DNA of 64,000 nt, taken from a virus. Position 1 is the first letter of the stretch, and every line of letters begins with the position of its first letter. The DNA lies in IMG/VR virus record IMGVR_UViG_3300031227_000034, positions 6,969-70,968 of that record; one strand, given 5' to 3'. The position numbers and the translations under genes are program-made. The notes beneath the pieces were generated by a model that searched no databases, was not told where the DNA came from, and worked only from the letters and a program-made list of their open reading frames with translations. Below, piece by piece: positions 55,459 to 64,000 of this stretch.

Positions 55459-55521
55459 GTTGCGTGGTTATCCTTTCCCCATGCAGCCTCCATACTTAAG
55501 GCAGCCTTCGGGCTGTCTTTT
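55459..55521 (+). ncRNA. candidate small RNA with anti-RBS loop
   Basis: 9-bp stem GTTGCGTGG/CCATGCAGC, loop TTATCCTTTCC, CTCC linker, UUCG terminator; upstream TTGACA at 55426. Confidence 0.5.
55498..55521 (+). terminator. intrinsic terminator with UUCG tetraloop
   Basis: AAGGCAGCC-TTCG-GGCTGTCTTTT. Confidence 0.85.
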
Positions 55522-55601
55522 GTGGTTTTATGTTGACATTTGTGTTTTAAAGTGTTATGGTTTCAAAACATTAATTGTTATATACAAAAAGGATATAATA
55601 A

Positions 55602-56906
55602 ATGATCGGAAGAATACCACCAAAATCTACGGAGTCAGAACAGGCTGTACTTGGAGGAATATTAATTGACGGAAGGGGAATTGACGCTGTTTCAGATGTT
55701 CTTTTTAAGGAACATTTCTATAACCCTTCACACCAAATGATTTATGAGGGCTGTATAGCTCTCGCCAAAGACAATGAACCGATTGATTTATTAACCCTTA
55801 AAACCAAACTCGAAAACCTTGGAACTCTTGACAAGGTTGGCGGTATTGATTACATTGCAGAATTATCGTCCAAAGTTCCCACCAGTGCCAACATAATAAA
55901 CTACGCAAAAGTCATTAAAGATAAATTTATATTGAGGGAGGCAATAAAAGTTTCGGGGGAAACGATTGAGCTTGCTTTTTCTGAGCCGGAATCAATAGAT
56001 AATTTTATTGACGGTGCCGAAAAAAGAGTTTACGATTTATCTGCGAACAAGACTAAAAAACCATTTTCATTAATCCAAGATTTACTTGACCCCACATTTG
56101 AGTATATAGAAAACTTAAGTAGCAATAATTTTAACGTGAGTGGAATTGCGAGTGGACTTGGAGAGCTGGATAGAATAACAACTGGTTTTGGAAATCACGA
56201 GCTTGTACTTATCGCAGCAAGGCCAGCTATGGGTAAAACTAGTTTGGCGATGAATATCGCTGTCCAATCTGCCGTTGCCTATAAAAAGAAGGTTGGAATA
56301 TTCTCTTTAGAAATGGGAAAGAAAGAAGTAGTTGCCAGAATGCTTTGCTCGCTTGCTAGAGTTGACTCCCAGAGGTATAGAGAGGGTTCTTTATCTGACG
56401 AAGAATGGAAGGGGCTTGGAGAAGCTGCCGACATTTTAAATAACTGTGGAATTTATATTGACGACAGTGCAGACTTAAACGAAATAAGCATTAAATCAAA
56501 AGCTCGAAGAATGAAATCGAAACACGGTCTGGATATGGTTATTGTTGATTACTTGCAATTAATGAAGAGTTATGATAAGGTGTTTTCAAGAGAGCAAGAA
56601 ATTGCGACAATCTCAAGAGCCATGAAAAACTTAACCAAAGAATTAGGAGTGCCAGTAGTGGTTTTAAGTCAGTTAAATAGAGAGCTTGAAAAAAGAACCG
56701 ACAAAAGACCAATACTTTCTGACCTAAGAGAATCTGGTTCTTTGGAGCAAGACGCTGATAAAATATTGTTTATCTATAGAGACGAGCAATATAATGAAAG
56801 CTCTGACCCAAACGAAGCAGAAATAATTGTGGCTAAACATAGAGGCGGCAAAATGGGTACAGCCCATGTAAGATATTTGCCTGAATTTACGTTATTTGAT
56901 AATTAA
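55602..56906 (+). CDS. dnaB: replicative DNA helicase
   Basis: PP.S.E.EQAVLG, AARPAMGKT, FSLEM, VDYLQL, LSQLNR, LSDLRESGSLEQDAD. Confidence 0.97.
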   Translation: MIGRIPPKSTESEQAVLGGILIDGRGIDAVSDVLFKEHFYNPSHQMIYEGCIALAKDNEPIDLLTLKTKLENLGTLDKVGGIDYIAELSSKVPTSANIINYAKVIKDKFILREAIKVSGETIELAFSEPESIDNFIDGAEKRVYDLSANKTKKPFSLIQDLLDPTFEYIENLSSNNFNVSGIASGLGELDRITTGFGNHELVLIAARPAMGKTSLAMNIAVQSAVAYKKKVGIFSLEMGKKEVVARMLCSLARVDSQRYREGSLSDEEWKGLGEAADILNNCGIYIDDSADLNEISIKSKARRMKSKHGLDMVIVDYLQLMKSYDKVFSREQEIATISRAMKNLTKELGVPVVVLSQLNRELEKRTDKRPILSDLRESGSLEQDADKILFIYRDEQYNESSDPNEAEIIVAKHRGGKMGTAHVRYLPEFTLFDN

Positions 56907-56921
56907 AGGAGAAATAAAAAA

Positions 56922-57701
56922 ATGACAAAAGACAATCCGTTGATGGTTTATTCTGACTTAAAACCGAGAAAAGGTAAGATTAGGCTTATCGGTCTTGGAG
57001 ATTTACATTTGGGAAGTGCCACAGTAAATGAACCATTAATTAAAAGAGTTGTTAAATACTGCATTAAGAATAACATTTATGTAATTGGAACCGGAGATTA
57101 CTGTGAGACTGCAACAAAGACAAGTCCCGGAGCATCTTTGGCAACTCAAGATTATGATATAAACAAACAGATCGAAAAAACAGTAGAGATTTTTAATCCA
57201 CTACAGGACGCAGGTTTGCTGTTGTCAATGCATGACGGCAACCATGAGGAAAGAGTTTTTAAATCTGTTGGTCTTGATTTACAAGAGGTTATTTGTAATA
57301 AAATTGGAACTATAAGACTCCCGTCTGTGGCGTTTCATACGATTAAAGTTAATCCAAGGCTGGCTTATGATATTTTTACACTACATGGTAGCGGTGGGTC
57401 ACAGTACGAGTTGACAAAATTAAGTTCCGCAAGAAAAAAACACGAATATGCGAGCGTTGATATCATCATGTCAGGTCATGTTCACGAGTCGGCACACTGT
57501 TCACACATTCAATATGTAATTAATCAGAGGCGAAATAGAGTTGAAGAAAAAGAAGTCTTTACAGTATTGTGTGGAAGTTTTATGGGATATTTTGGAAGCT
57601 ATGCGGCAGGAAAATACGCACCATGCAAAATCGGAACTCAACTTATTGAGCTTGATTGCAAAACAAGAAAAATTAACGTATCAAAATTGGAGGTGGAATA
57701 A
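56922..57701 (+). CDS. calcineurin-like metallophosphoesterase
   Basis: GDLHLG, GD, GNHE, HG, GHVH. Confidence 0.85.
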   Translation: MTKDNPLMVYSDLKPRKGKIRLIGLGDLHLGSATVNEPLIKRVVKYCIKNNIYVIGTGDYCETATKTSPGASLATQDYDINKQIEKTVEIFNPLQDAGLLLSMHDGNHEERVFKSVGLDLQEVICNKIGTIRLPSVAFHTIKVNPRLAYDIFTLHGSGGSQYELTKLSSARKKHEYASVDIIMSGHVHESAHCSHIQYVINQRRNRVEEKEVFTVLCGSFMGYFGSYAAGKYAPCKIGTQLIELDCKTRKINVSKLEVE

Positions 57702-58894
57702 TGGTTGCAGACTACATTAAATATTTCTCTGACGAGCAGTTGAAAATGGATAAGGAAAGTATCCCGAAAAGCCTTAAACTTGGTGTTGATTGGGAAAAAA
57801 GAGGGAAGTATATAAGCGATACAGAAAAGTATGGTTTTCTATTAGAAATAGACAATGAAATTAAAAGAAGAAAAACAAATATAATAATTGATGAAAATTA
57901 TTATGCCGGATTTGGAGACAATAAATTCAAGTACACAATAGAAGTTGCCGACCTTGCATATTTGTTAAACGAAAAAAGAGATTTGATTTCAATTTTGGGA
58001 TTTGAAAAATCTTGGGAATTGGGAGACAAAATAGACCTTGCCGCAGAAAATGTGGAAGAATATAACGAACTCATATATGTCCAAAAAGAAATTGACAAGC
58101 GAGATAAGTCTCCAAACGAATCCGATGACGACAAAGCAAAAGAAGAAGCTCTTGATGGTGGGTTTATTGAAGACAATACAGCATTGTTTTGTAGCGATGA
58201 TTGCGTAACAACCAGCGTGGAAGACTGGAATGTAATTAACGATGCCAAAGCAAATGGCGATGCTATAGATGGTGGAATTATTGTTCCAGAAACATCTACA
58301 GAGTCCACAGAGGCATATGTTAAACTTCATGACGACTGGCCGCTTAATGAATTAAACAAAAAAAATGCTAAGTTTTTTGAGGAAAATAAAGAACCAGCAA
58401 CAAAACTGACAAACGATTATTTAAAACCCCTTGGAGCAAACGAGTGGAAAGATATTGTTTTTAATAAAGAACCAAAAATTGGCGATTGCGACCATGTTGT
58501 TCCTGCAAGCGAAAACTTCCCAGAATATACACTATCAGTGTCGCATGGCAATACTGATGATGGAGGTCGTGGATGGGTAGCGGCAATGGAGGATGTCGGA
58601 GACTCTTTGCCCGAAGCTCCAGAACAAAAAACAATCGAAAACGACTTTAACACAAACGTAAACGAACAATTAAATATAATTGGTGACTTGCTTAAAAAGA
58701 AAAACGAAAAGTACGGAGACAGTGCTTTAAATCCAACAAGAATATTTAGTAAATCAAATTCTGTTGAACAAATCTTGGTTAGAATTGACGATAAATTGTC
58801 AAGAATTAAAACTGGAATTGGTGGAGAAGATGAGGATGTTGTTTTGGATTTGATTGGGTATTTAATTTTGCTCAGAATTAAGCAGGGAGAATAA
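57701..58894 (+). CDS. protein with C-terminal Nmad1/DUF1599-like domain
   Basis: LL.KKN.KYGDS...VRIDDKLSRI...DLIGY.IL; long acidic N-terminus. Confidence 0.7.
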   Translation: MVADYIKYFSDEQLKMDKESIPKSLKLGVDWEKRGKYISDTEKYGFLLEIDNEIKRRKTNIIIDENYYAGFGDNKFKYTIEVADLAYLLNEKRDLISILGFEKSWELGDKIDLAAENVEEYNELIYVQKEIDKRDKSPNESDDDKAKEEALDGGFIEDNTALFCSDDCVTTSVEDWNVINDAKANGDAIDGGIIVPETSTESTEAYVKLHDDWPLNELNKKNAKFFEENKEPATKLTNDYLKPLGANEWKDIVFNKEPKIGDCDHVVPASENFPEYTLSVSHGNTDDGGRGWVAAMEDVGDSLPEAPEQKTIENDFNTNVNEQLNIIGDLLKKKNEKYGDSALNPTRIFSKSNSVEQILVRIDDKLSRIKTGIGGEDEDVVLDLIGYLILLRIKQGE

Positions 58895-59017
58895 TTGTGT
58901 CGTATGAAATAAATAAAATTATTCTTGGTTTTTGTGTTCTTTTAATGCTTTATGATGTCAATACAAAGCTCGACACGATAGTTGAAAAAATTTCAGACAA
59001 ACAATCGGAGGAAACAA

Positions 59018-60109
59018 ATGAAAATTACAACAAATAAAGAAACAATGATGACAGCACTTGGACGCACAACAAATATTGCAATGAAAAAAGGAACAATGCC
59101 AATATTATCAACAATACTTTTTGAAAAAGTATCAAGCGATATATTTTCTGTTACTGCTACAGATTTAGAAATGTTTTCAGAAGCAAAGTATGACGCAATT
59201 ATTGAAGGCGAAGGTTCTTTTTGTGTAAATGCAGACGATATGTTTAAGTGGGTTAAAAGTTTACCGTCTGGAAATATTGTTATTGAACATTCTACCAACG
59301 GAGTTAAAATATCAACCTCACAAACTTCATTCAATATGGTTTCAATATCAGGAGATGAATTTCCAAGACCAGACGTTTCAAGTATTGAAGGAAAAGAAGT
59401 TGACAAAGACTCGTTGTTGAATTTATTTAATCACACCTTGTTTTGTGTTGCAGATAACGACCCAAGATTGTTTTTAAACGGGATTAACTTTGAGCCAACC
59501 GAAAATGGTGTCAGGTGTGTCAGTACTGATGGACACCGACTTGCAAAAATTGATGTAAAATGTGGTGATATTTTCGACAAAACCGTTATCATTCCTAAAA
59601 AAGGCGTTGTAGAGATCAAAAGCTTACTAGAATCTGACAAGGAACAGCCCAAACTAGCGCTAGACGGACCAGCATTGATTTACACGACACCTAATCTATC
59701 TTTAAGTATTAGGTTGATTGAGGGCGATTTTCCAGACTATAACATGGTTATACCAAAAGATGCAAACTGTGTGGCGAAAGTTAATAAAAGTATCTTAAGT
59801 GACGCATTAAAAAGAGCGAGCTTGGTTGCAGTAAATACCAAGGGCGTAAAGATGACTTTTGATAACGACAATTTGACTGTGCAGGCTAGTGATGCAGATA
59901 GAGGTGACGGAAATACGGTTATTGATTGTGAATACAGTTCTGACAAAATTGAGATGGGCTTTAACGCATCATATTTTATTGATGTTTTGAATGTAATAGA
60001 AGACGAGTTTGTTTATTTGAATTTGACAGACGAACTCTCTCCCTGTGTTGTGACGAAAGATAGTGAAGAAAACTTTTTGACAGTTATTATGCCAGTCAGG
60101 ATTAACTAA
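59018..60109 (+). CDS. dnaN: DNA polymerase III beta (sliding clamp), canonical copy
   Basis: TMPILS, ATDLE, EFP, VSTDGHRLA, RLIEGDFPDY, GFNA.Y, VIMPVRI. Confidence 0.95.
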   Translation: MKITTNKETMMTALGRTTNIAMKKGTMPILSTILFEKVSSDIFSVTATDLEMFSEAKYDAIIEGEGSFCVNADDMFKWVKSLPSGNIVIEHSTNGVKISTSQTSFNMVSISGDEFPRPDVSSIEGKEVDKDSLLNLFNHTLFCVADNDPRLFLNGINFEPTENGVRCVSTDGHRLAKIDVKCGDIFDKTVIIPKKGVVEIKSLLESDKEQPKLALDGPALIYTTPNLSLSIRLIEGDFPDYNMVIPKDANCVAKVNKSILSDALKRASLVAVNTKGVKMTFDNDNLTVQASDADRGDGNTVIDCEYSSDKIEMGFNASYFIDVLNVIEDEFVYLNLTDELSPCVVTKDSEENFLTVIMPVRIN

Positions 60110-60195
60110 TGACGACTGAACTTTATTTTTTATTGGTTGCCATTGTTGCATTCCTTGCCGGATTTATGGCTGGCTATTTGTTTTGGGAGGATTAA

Positions 60196-60597
60196 ATGGG
60201 CGATTTAAGTAGACACTTTTCTAGATATGAATTTGCATGTTCGTGTGATTGCGGATATGACGAGCCGAGACAATCTTTAATTGACGCTCTTGAGGAATTG
60301 CACGACCTGTTAAGAGATTCTTTTTTTGGCGAAAGAGTTGAGCTTATTGTTTCTGGCGGATTGAGGTGTGAATATAAAAATGGACGCACGAAAAACGCAA
60401 GCAAAAACTCAAGACATTTGCCAGAACATGCTGACGGTGCTGATATTAAATTTAAGTTAAATGGCGTTACACAATCAGGTGAATTTTTAAAATCATTTGC
60501 CGTACAGATTGATGCATTTTATAATGGCGGGATTGGCTGTTATTTTAATCGAAACCACCTAGACACAAGGGGAAAGATGGCAAGATGGACAATTTAA
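60196..60597 (+). CDS. peptidase M15A-type endolysin
   Basis: HFSR.EFAC.C, SG.RC..N, S.H....ADI, GIG.Y...HLD.R. Confidence 0.85.
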   Translation: MGDLSRHFSRYEFACSCDCGYDEPRQSLIDALEELHDLLRDSFFGERVELIVSGGLRCEYKNGRTKNASKNSRHLPEHADGADIKFKLNGVTQSGEFLKSFAVQIDAFYNGGIGCYFNRNHLDTRGKMARWTI

Positions 60598-60887
60598 TAA
60601 ATAAGTTTTGGTGGTGTATAAAAAGGTCATTCACAGATTCTTTTGAGGCAGTTTTTGTCAGACCATTTGTGAGACTTTTTAATGTAAACAAAATGTGCGG
60701 AAAATGTAAGCACTTAAAATGCGTGATATACGATTTCGCAGAATACCATTGTGAAAAATATCGTAAAGAACATTATGAAAAGCATGATTTCGAAGACTCT
60801 GACGAGGCATACAATAGTTATGACAAATCTCGTGTGAAAGAAAAACAAGACTTTATATTAAGGTGTGTATCGTGTCTAAACAAATAG
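60585..60887 (+). CDS. Cys-rich hypothetical protein
   Basis: coupled ORF. Confidence 0.5.
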   Translation: MDNLINKFWWCIKRSFTDSFEAVFVRPFVRLFNVNKMCGKCKHLKCVIYDFAEYHCEKYRKEHYEKHDFEDSDEAYNSYDKSRVKEKQDFILRCVSCLNK

Positions 60888-61120
60888 TTCCACATTGGGG
60901 ATTAAAAGCTGCAATATTTTCGATAATAACCATTATGGGAATTTACGCATTCACCATTGTCAATAATGACCCTGACGCTATTGCAAAAATATTTGGTCAC
61001 ACATGTAACGTGGCCGTTGCGGTTGCTATTGGCAGGTCTGTGCATCAGGGTTCTGTTGCATATTTAGAAAGCAGAACTTATGACAAAAACCAAAATAGAG
61101 GAGAATATAGTGGCGATTAA
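60872..61120 (+). CDS. small membrane protein (holin candidate)
   Basis: two hydrophobic segments near endolysin. Confidence 0.45.
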   Translation: MSKQIVPHWGLKAAIFSIITIMGIYAFTIVNNDPDAIAKIFGHTCNVAVAVAIGRSVHQGSVAYLESRTYDKNQNRGEYSGD

Positions 61121-61487
61121 GTGGGAAAGATTTGGAGACTCGAACATGTATTGGTCAGACTTTTGCGAACTAAAGGTTGTAGTTGTGTTTTCAAAAGAAG
61201 AATGTTTATTAGACGTTATTGATTTAGAAAAAAGACAAGTATCCATTAAGTCTTCTTTTAGTTCAAGCGAAACAGATTTCAAAAAAGATTCACTGATTGT
61301 TTTCTATAAAAGATTAAACGTACTGCGAGAACACCAAGAAAAAGGCGAAAGAGCAAACGAAATTATAAATTTTATTGTTCCAGAAATTGAAAGATTGGAA
61401 ACAAAAAAAACTGCCGAGTTATTTTTACAAACTGATTGCCCTATTTTTAAGGACTGGGGATTAAAGAATCTTGGAGAAAAGAAATGA
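61080..61487 (+). CDS. hypothetical protein
   Basis: ORF in co-oriented block. Confidence 0.5.
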   Translation: MTKTKIEENIVAIKWERFGDSNMYWSDFCELKVVVVFSKEECLLDVIDLEKRQVSIKSSFSSSETDFKKDSLIVFYKRLNVLREHQEKGERANEIINFIVPEIERLETKKTAELFLQTDCPIFKDWGLKNLGEKK

Positions 61488-61753
61488 CTGACACAGAATT
61501 TTTAGATTTCCACGAGTATTTAAAATCTGGAATTAGATACTTGGAAAGTGCAATGTCTCTTATAGAAAATAATGACAGTAAAAAAATACTTAAAATTAGA
61601 ACACTCATTGCAAACAAAATATTAATCCACAAGAAATTTATTTTAACCCAGTGGATGGAAAGCAAAAGCGAAAAAATTAACGAAAGAATTTCTGAGGAAA
61701 TAGAAAAAGAAGTTACGGACAATTTTAAAAAATATGGTCACTACGATTTTTAG
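61484..61753 (+). CDS. hypothetical protein
   Basis: ATGA-coupled, GGAG. Confidence 0.55.
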   Translation: MTDTEFLDFHEYLKSGIRYLESAMSLIENNDSKKILKIRTLIANKILIHKKFILTQWMESKSEKINERISEEIEKEVTDNFKKYGHYDF

Positions 61754-61761
61754 GAGGTTTA

Positions 61762-62562
61762 ATGATAAAATTAATTGAAGGCGATTGCCTGATTGAGCTG
61801 CCAAAGCTTGAGGCCAAGTCTGTTGACATGATTATGGTCGATACCCCATTTGGAACTACCGCTTGTGCTTGGGATACAATAATTCCCTTTGTTCCAATGT
61901 GGGAGCAAATTAAAAGAGTCACAAAAAAGAATGCTGCAATAGTTATGTGTGCCTCTCAGCCGTTTACCTCTAAGCTGATTATGTCTAATCTTGATTGGTT
62001 TAAGTATGAGTGGATTTGGGTCAAAAGTAGACCAACCGGAACTATGTTAGCAAAAAGACAACCAATGAGAAACGTAGAAAGCGTTGTGGTGTTTTACGTA
62101 AAACAGCCGACATATAACAGACAAATGATAAAAAGGACACCGGAAGAATTCAAGTCGTGTTACAGAAAAAACAACTCTGAATCAAAAAACGGTGAACAAA
62201 TGAGGCATTCTAAAAATCCTCTTATAAGACAAAGCAGGGATAGGCAATGGTATAAGCCACCACAACAAACTCTTTTTTTTAAAAGCGATGCAAAAAGAGA
62301 TGGGAAAAGCCACCCCACTCAAAAACCAGTAGCATTGATGGACTACCTGATTAAAACATACACCAACGAAGGTGACACGGTTCTGGACTTCACAATGGGA
62401 TCAGGAACTACAGGGGTAGCCTGCCGGAAACTAAACCGCAACTTCATAGGCATTGAAAAAGATGAAAAGTATTTTGAGATAGCAGAAAAGCGGATAGCTG
62501 ATGCGAGTGATTTATTCACTGACTTGAGACAGCCGACAGAAAAGCAGGAGGATATGTTTTGA
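61762..62562 (+). CDS. N6-A/N4-C DNA methyltransferase (beta class)
   Basis: GDCL, DTPF, HPTQKPVAL, LDFTMGSGTTG. Confidence 0.88.
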   Translation: MIKLIEGDCLIELPKLEAKSVDMIMVDTPFGTTACAWDTIIPFVPMWEQIKRVTKKNAAIVMCASQPFTSKLIMSNLDWFKYEWIWVKSRPTGTMLAKRQPMRNVESVVVFYVKQPTYNRQMIKRTPEEFKSCYRKNNSESKNGEQMRHSKNPLIRQSRDRQWYKPPQQTLFFKSDAKRDGKSHPTQKPVALMDYLIKTYTNEGDTVLDFTMGSGTTGVACRKLNRNFIGIEKDEKYFEIAEKRIADASDLFTDLRQPTEKQEDMF

Positions 62563-62731
62563 AAAAACAATATACGATGTTGATAAGTGGTGCAGACGAA
62601 CGCAAGGCTTTTGAGTATGATAAAGCAATTGAGGAAGGCATTTATTCTGGATATTTTGTAAAAGATGTTATTACATTCACAGGTTCAAACTTTAATATGT
62701 ATATAATTATATTTGAAAAGAATGTCGTATC

Positions 62732-63427
62732 ATGAAAAATAAAATAATAATAGGATTGATTATAGCCTGCCTAGTTTTGTCTGGAATCACAGTTTATTTA
62801 TCTCAAACCACGATAGATAGTAGCGAACACAAAAGACATATCGAACAAATAAATAAACAAAACAATGACAATGTTACTGCAATGAAAACCAGTCATAAAA
62901 CAGAAATTGTAAATATCACCGCTGATTTTGACACACAACTAAACATTTTAAACGGCAATGTGGAAATTGAAAGAAAAAAGAATGATGTCTACAGGATAAA
63001 AATAATAGACCAAACTAAGACGATTAGTGGACTAAAGAAAGCATCGAAAACAGTTCTTCATATTGACATAAATCCACACGGAAAAAAAGAAAGCATAATT
63101 AAAAACACCCAGCTTACAGGATTGATTGACGATGTTTTATCACTTGATAATGAATTGGCTTTATCTGAAAACATATGCAAAGTTAGAATTAAAGAAGCAG
63201 AAAAAAAACTAACGCTTAAGTATACAAAATTATTACATTCAAAAGATGTTGATATTTTAAGGCTGTCGGGTAAGGTTACAGGGCTTGAAGCAGAAATATT
63301 GTTTAGAGATGATGTTATAAAAAGCAAGGGTAAAAACACTATTGTCATATCGTCTATTGTCGGTGTAGTATGCATGGTTGTTGGAGCAATCGGTGGGGTT
63401 GCAACCGTGGTATCTATAAAAAAATAA
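62732..63427 (+). CDS. coiled-coil protein with N- and C-terminal hydrophobic helices (spanin-like candidate)
   Basis: TM/signal at N-terminus, TM at C-terminus. Confidence 0.45.
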   Translation: MKNKIIIGLIIACLVLSGITVYLSQTTIDSSEHKRHIEQINKQNNDNVTAMKTSHKTEIVNITADFDTQLNILNGNVEIERKKNDVYRIKIIDQTKTISGLKKASKTVLHIDINPHGKKESIIKNTQLTGLIDDVLSLDNELALSENICKVRIKEAEKKLTLKYTKLLHSKDVDILRLSGKVTGLEAEILFRDDVIKSKGKNTIVISSIVGVVCMVVGAIGGVATVVSIKK

Positions 63428-63500
63428 ATTTATGTTGACATTTGTTTTTTAATATGCAATGATTTGTCTAGTTTATTCACAAACAAAAAAAGGAAATGTC

Positions 63501-64000
63501 ATGGAAAAACTAATTTATGGGATAAGGTCTGACAACGAAAATTCAATTAGCTATAACGGGTTTGTTTGGCCTAAAGAAGGCGTGGCATCAGCGCCTGACT
63601 GGGATGGTGGAAAAGATTGTTGTGGCGGAGGATTACATTTTACGCCAGTTTTTGGCACAAACCAAAGCTGGAATCTATTAAATGGCGGGAAAGTTTTTAG
63701 AATTATTGTTGCACAAAAAAAAGACGTTGTTTTTATAGATGGTGGTGAAAAGTGTAAATGTAAAAAATGTGAAGTTCTACTTTCAGGAACATCACAAGAA
63801 TGTGTGGATTATTTAATAAAAAATAATATTCCATGCATGGATGTTTTTAATCTTCATATTGACTACTCCAACGCCACAAACTCAGGAGACGAATCCAACG
63901 CCACAAACTCAGGATACAAATCCAACGCCACAAACTCAGGAAACTACTCCAACGCCACAAACTCAGGAGACTACTCCAACGCCACAAACTCAGGAGACGA
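63501..64000 (+). CDS. phage repeat protein, runs off window end
   Basis: AAGGA RBS; SYNGFVWP..G...APDW.....CGGGLH followed by SNATNSGxx repeats. Confidence 0.7.
   Translation, partial: MEKLIYGIRSDNENSISYNGFVWPKEGVASAPDWDGGKDCCGGGLHFTPVFGTNQSWNLLNGGKVFRIIVAQKKDVVFIDGGEKCKCKKCEVLLSGTSQECVDYLIKNNIPCMDVFNLHIDYSNATNSGDESNATNSGYKSNATNSGNYSNATNSGDYSNATNSGD
63861..64000. repeat. 27-bp coding tandem repeat
   Basis: tccaacgccacaaactcagga + 6 variable nt, 5 copies visible. Confidence 0.95.

Noticed and set aside
55460-55669. 69-aa ORF before dnaB
   Set aside because: TTG start without RBS; spans a terminator and the dnaB promoter.
55602-60109. Host chromosome flank (dnaB, dnaN)
   Set aside because: Interleaved with phage-type ORFs and endolysin; no dnaA/recF/gyrB or rplI context, no integrase or att site seen.
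63861-64000. CRISPR-like 27-bp repeat
   Set aside because: In-frame coding repeat with only 6 variable nt.
1-64000. Genome-wide stop-codon reassignment
   Set aside because: Long genes are intact in code 11; TAG ends genes directly before the next start (19726, 48584, 54987) and TGA occurs in ATGA couplings.
1-64000. tRNA/rRNA genes
   Set aside because: No cloverleaf or T-loop signature noticed in intergenic gaps; not excluded without tRNAscan.

Overview
The whole window is AT-rich DNA of a large tailed phage with a contractile (myovirus-type) tail; I see no integrase, tRNA or host flank. Layout: (1) 1-8 kb and 18.7-29.8 kb, small accessory genes (YopX-like, HEXXH peptidase, hexapeptide-repeat protein, radical SAM, nucleoside-deoxyribosyltransferase-like, HNH, HD/DUF5662-like, DUF3037-like, DNA MTase, PAPS-reductase family); (2) about 8-18.7 kb, an early/host-takeover-like island of short, often acidic ORFs diverging from a non-coding hub, with repeated TTGACA-N16-TATAAT promoter cassettes and a divergent second sliding clamp; (3) 29.9-55.4 kb, morphogenesis operon (HK97-type portal, protease, capsid; neck, sheath, two tube paralogues, frameshifting chaperone, tape measure, baseplate, fibre), with no terminase in front of it; (4) 55.6-64 kb, DnaB, phosphoesterase, Nmad1-like, canonical DnaN, M15 endolysin, second MTase. 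The most unusual signals are non-coding: a strand-polarised heptamer AATTCGT (31 exact copies counted by eye in 8.1-14.96 kb, many inside ORFs) peaking next to TGACA-N4-TGTCA palindromes and two convergent sigma-54 motifs; and a candidate ~63-nt sRNA at the end of the tail operon whose loop (UUAUCCUUU) is the exact complement of the AAAGGAUAA ribosome-binding site of six early-island genes. Product calls are from motif recognition only; no searches were run.
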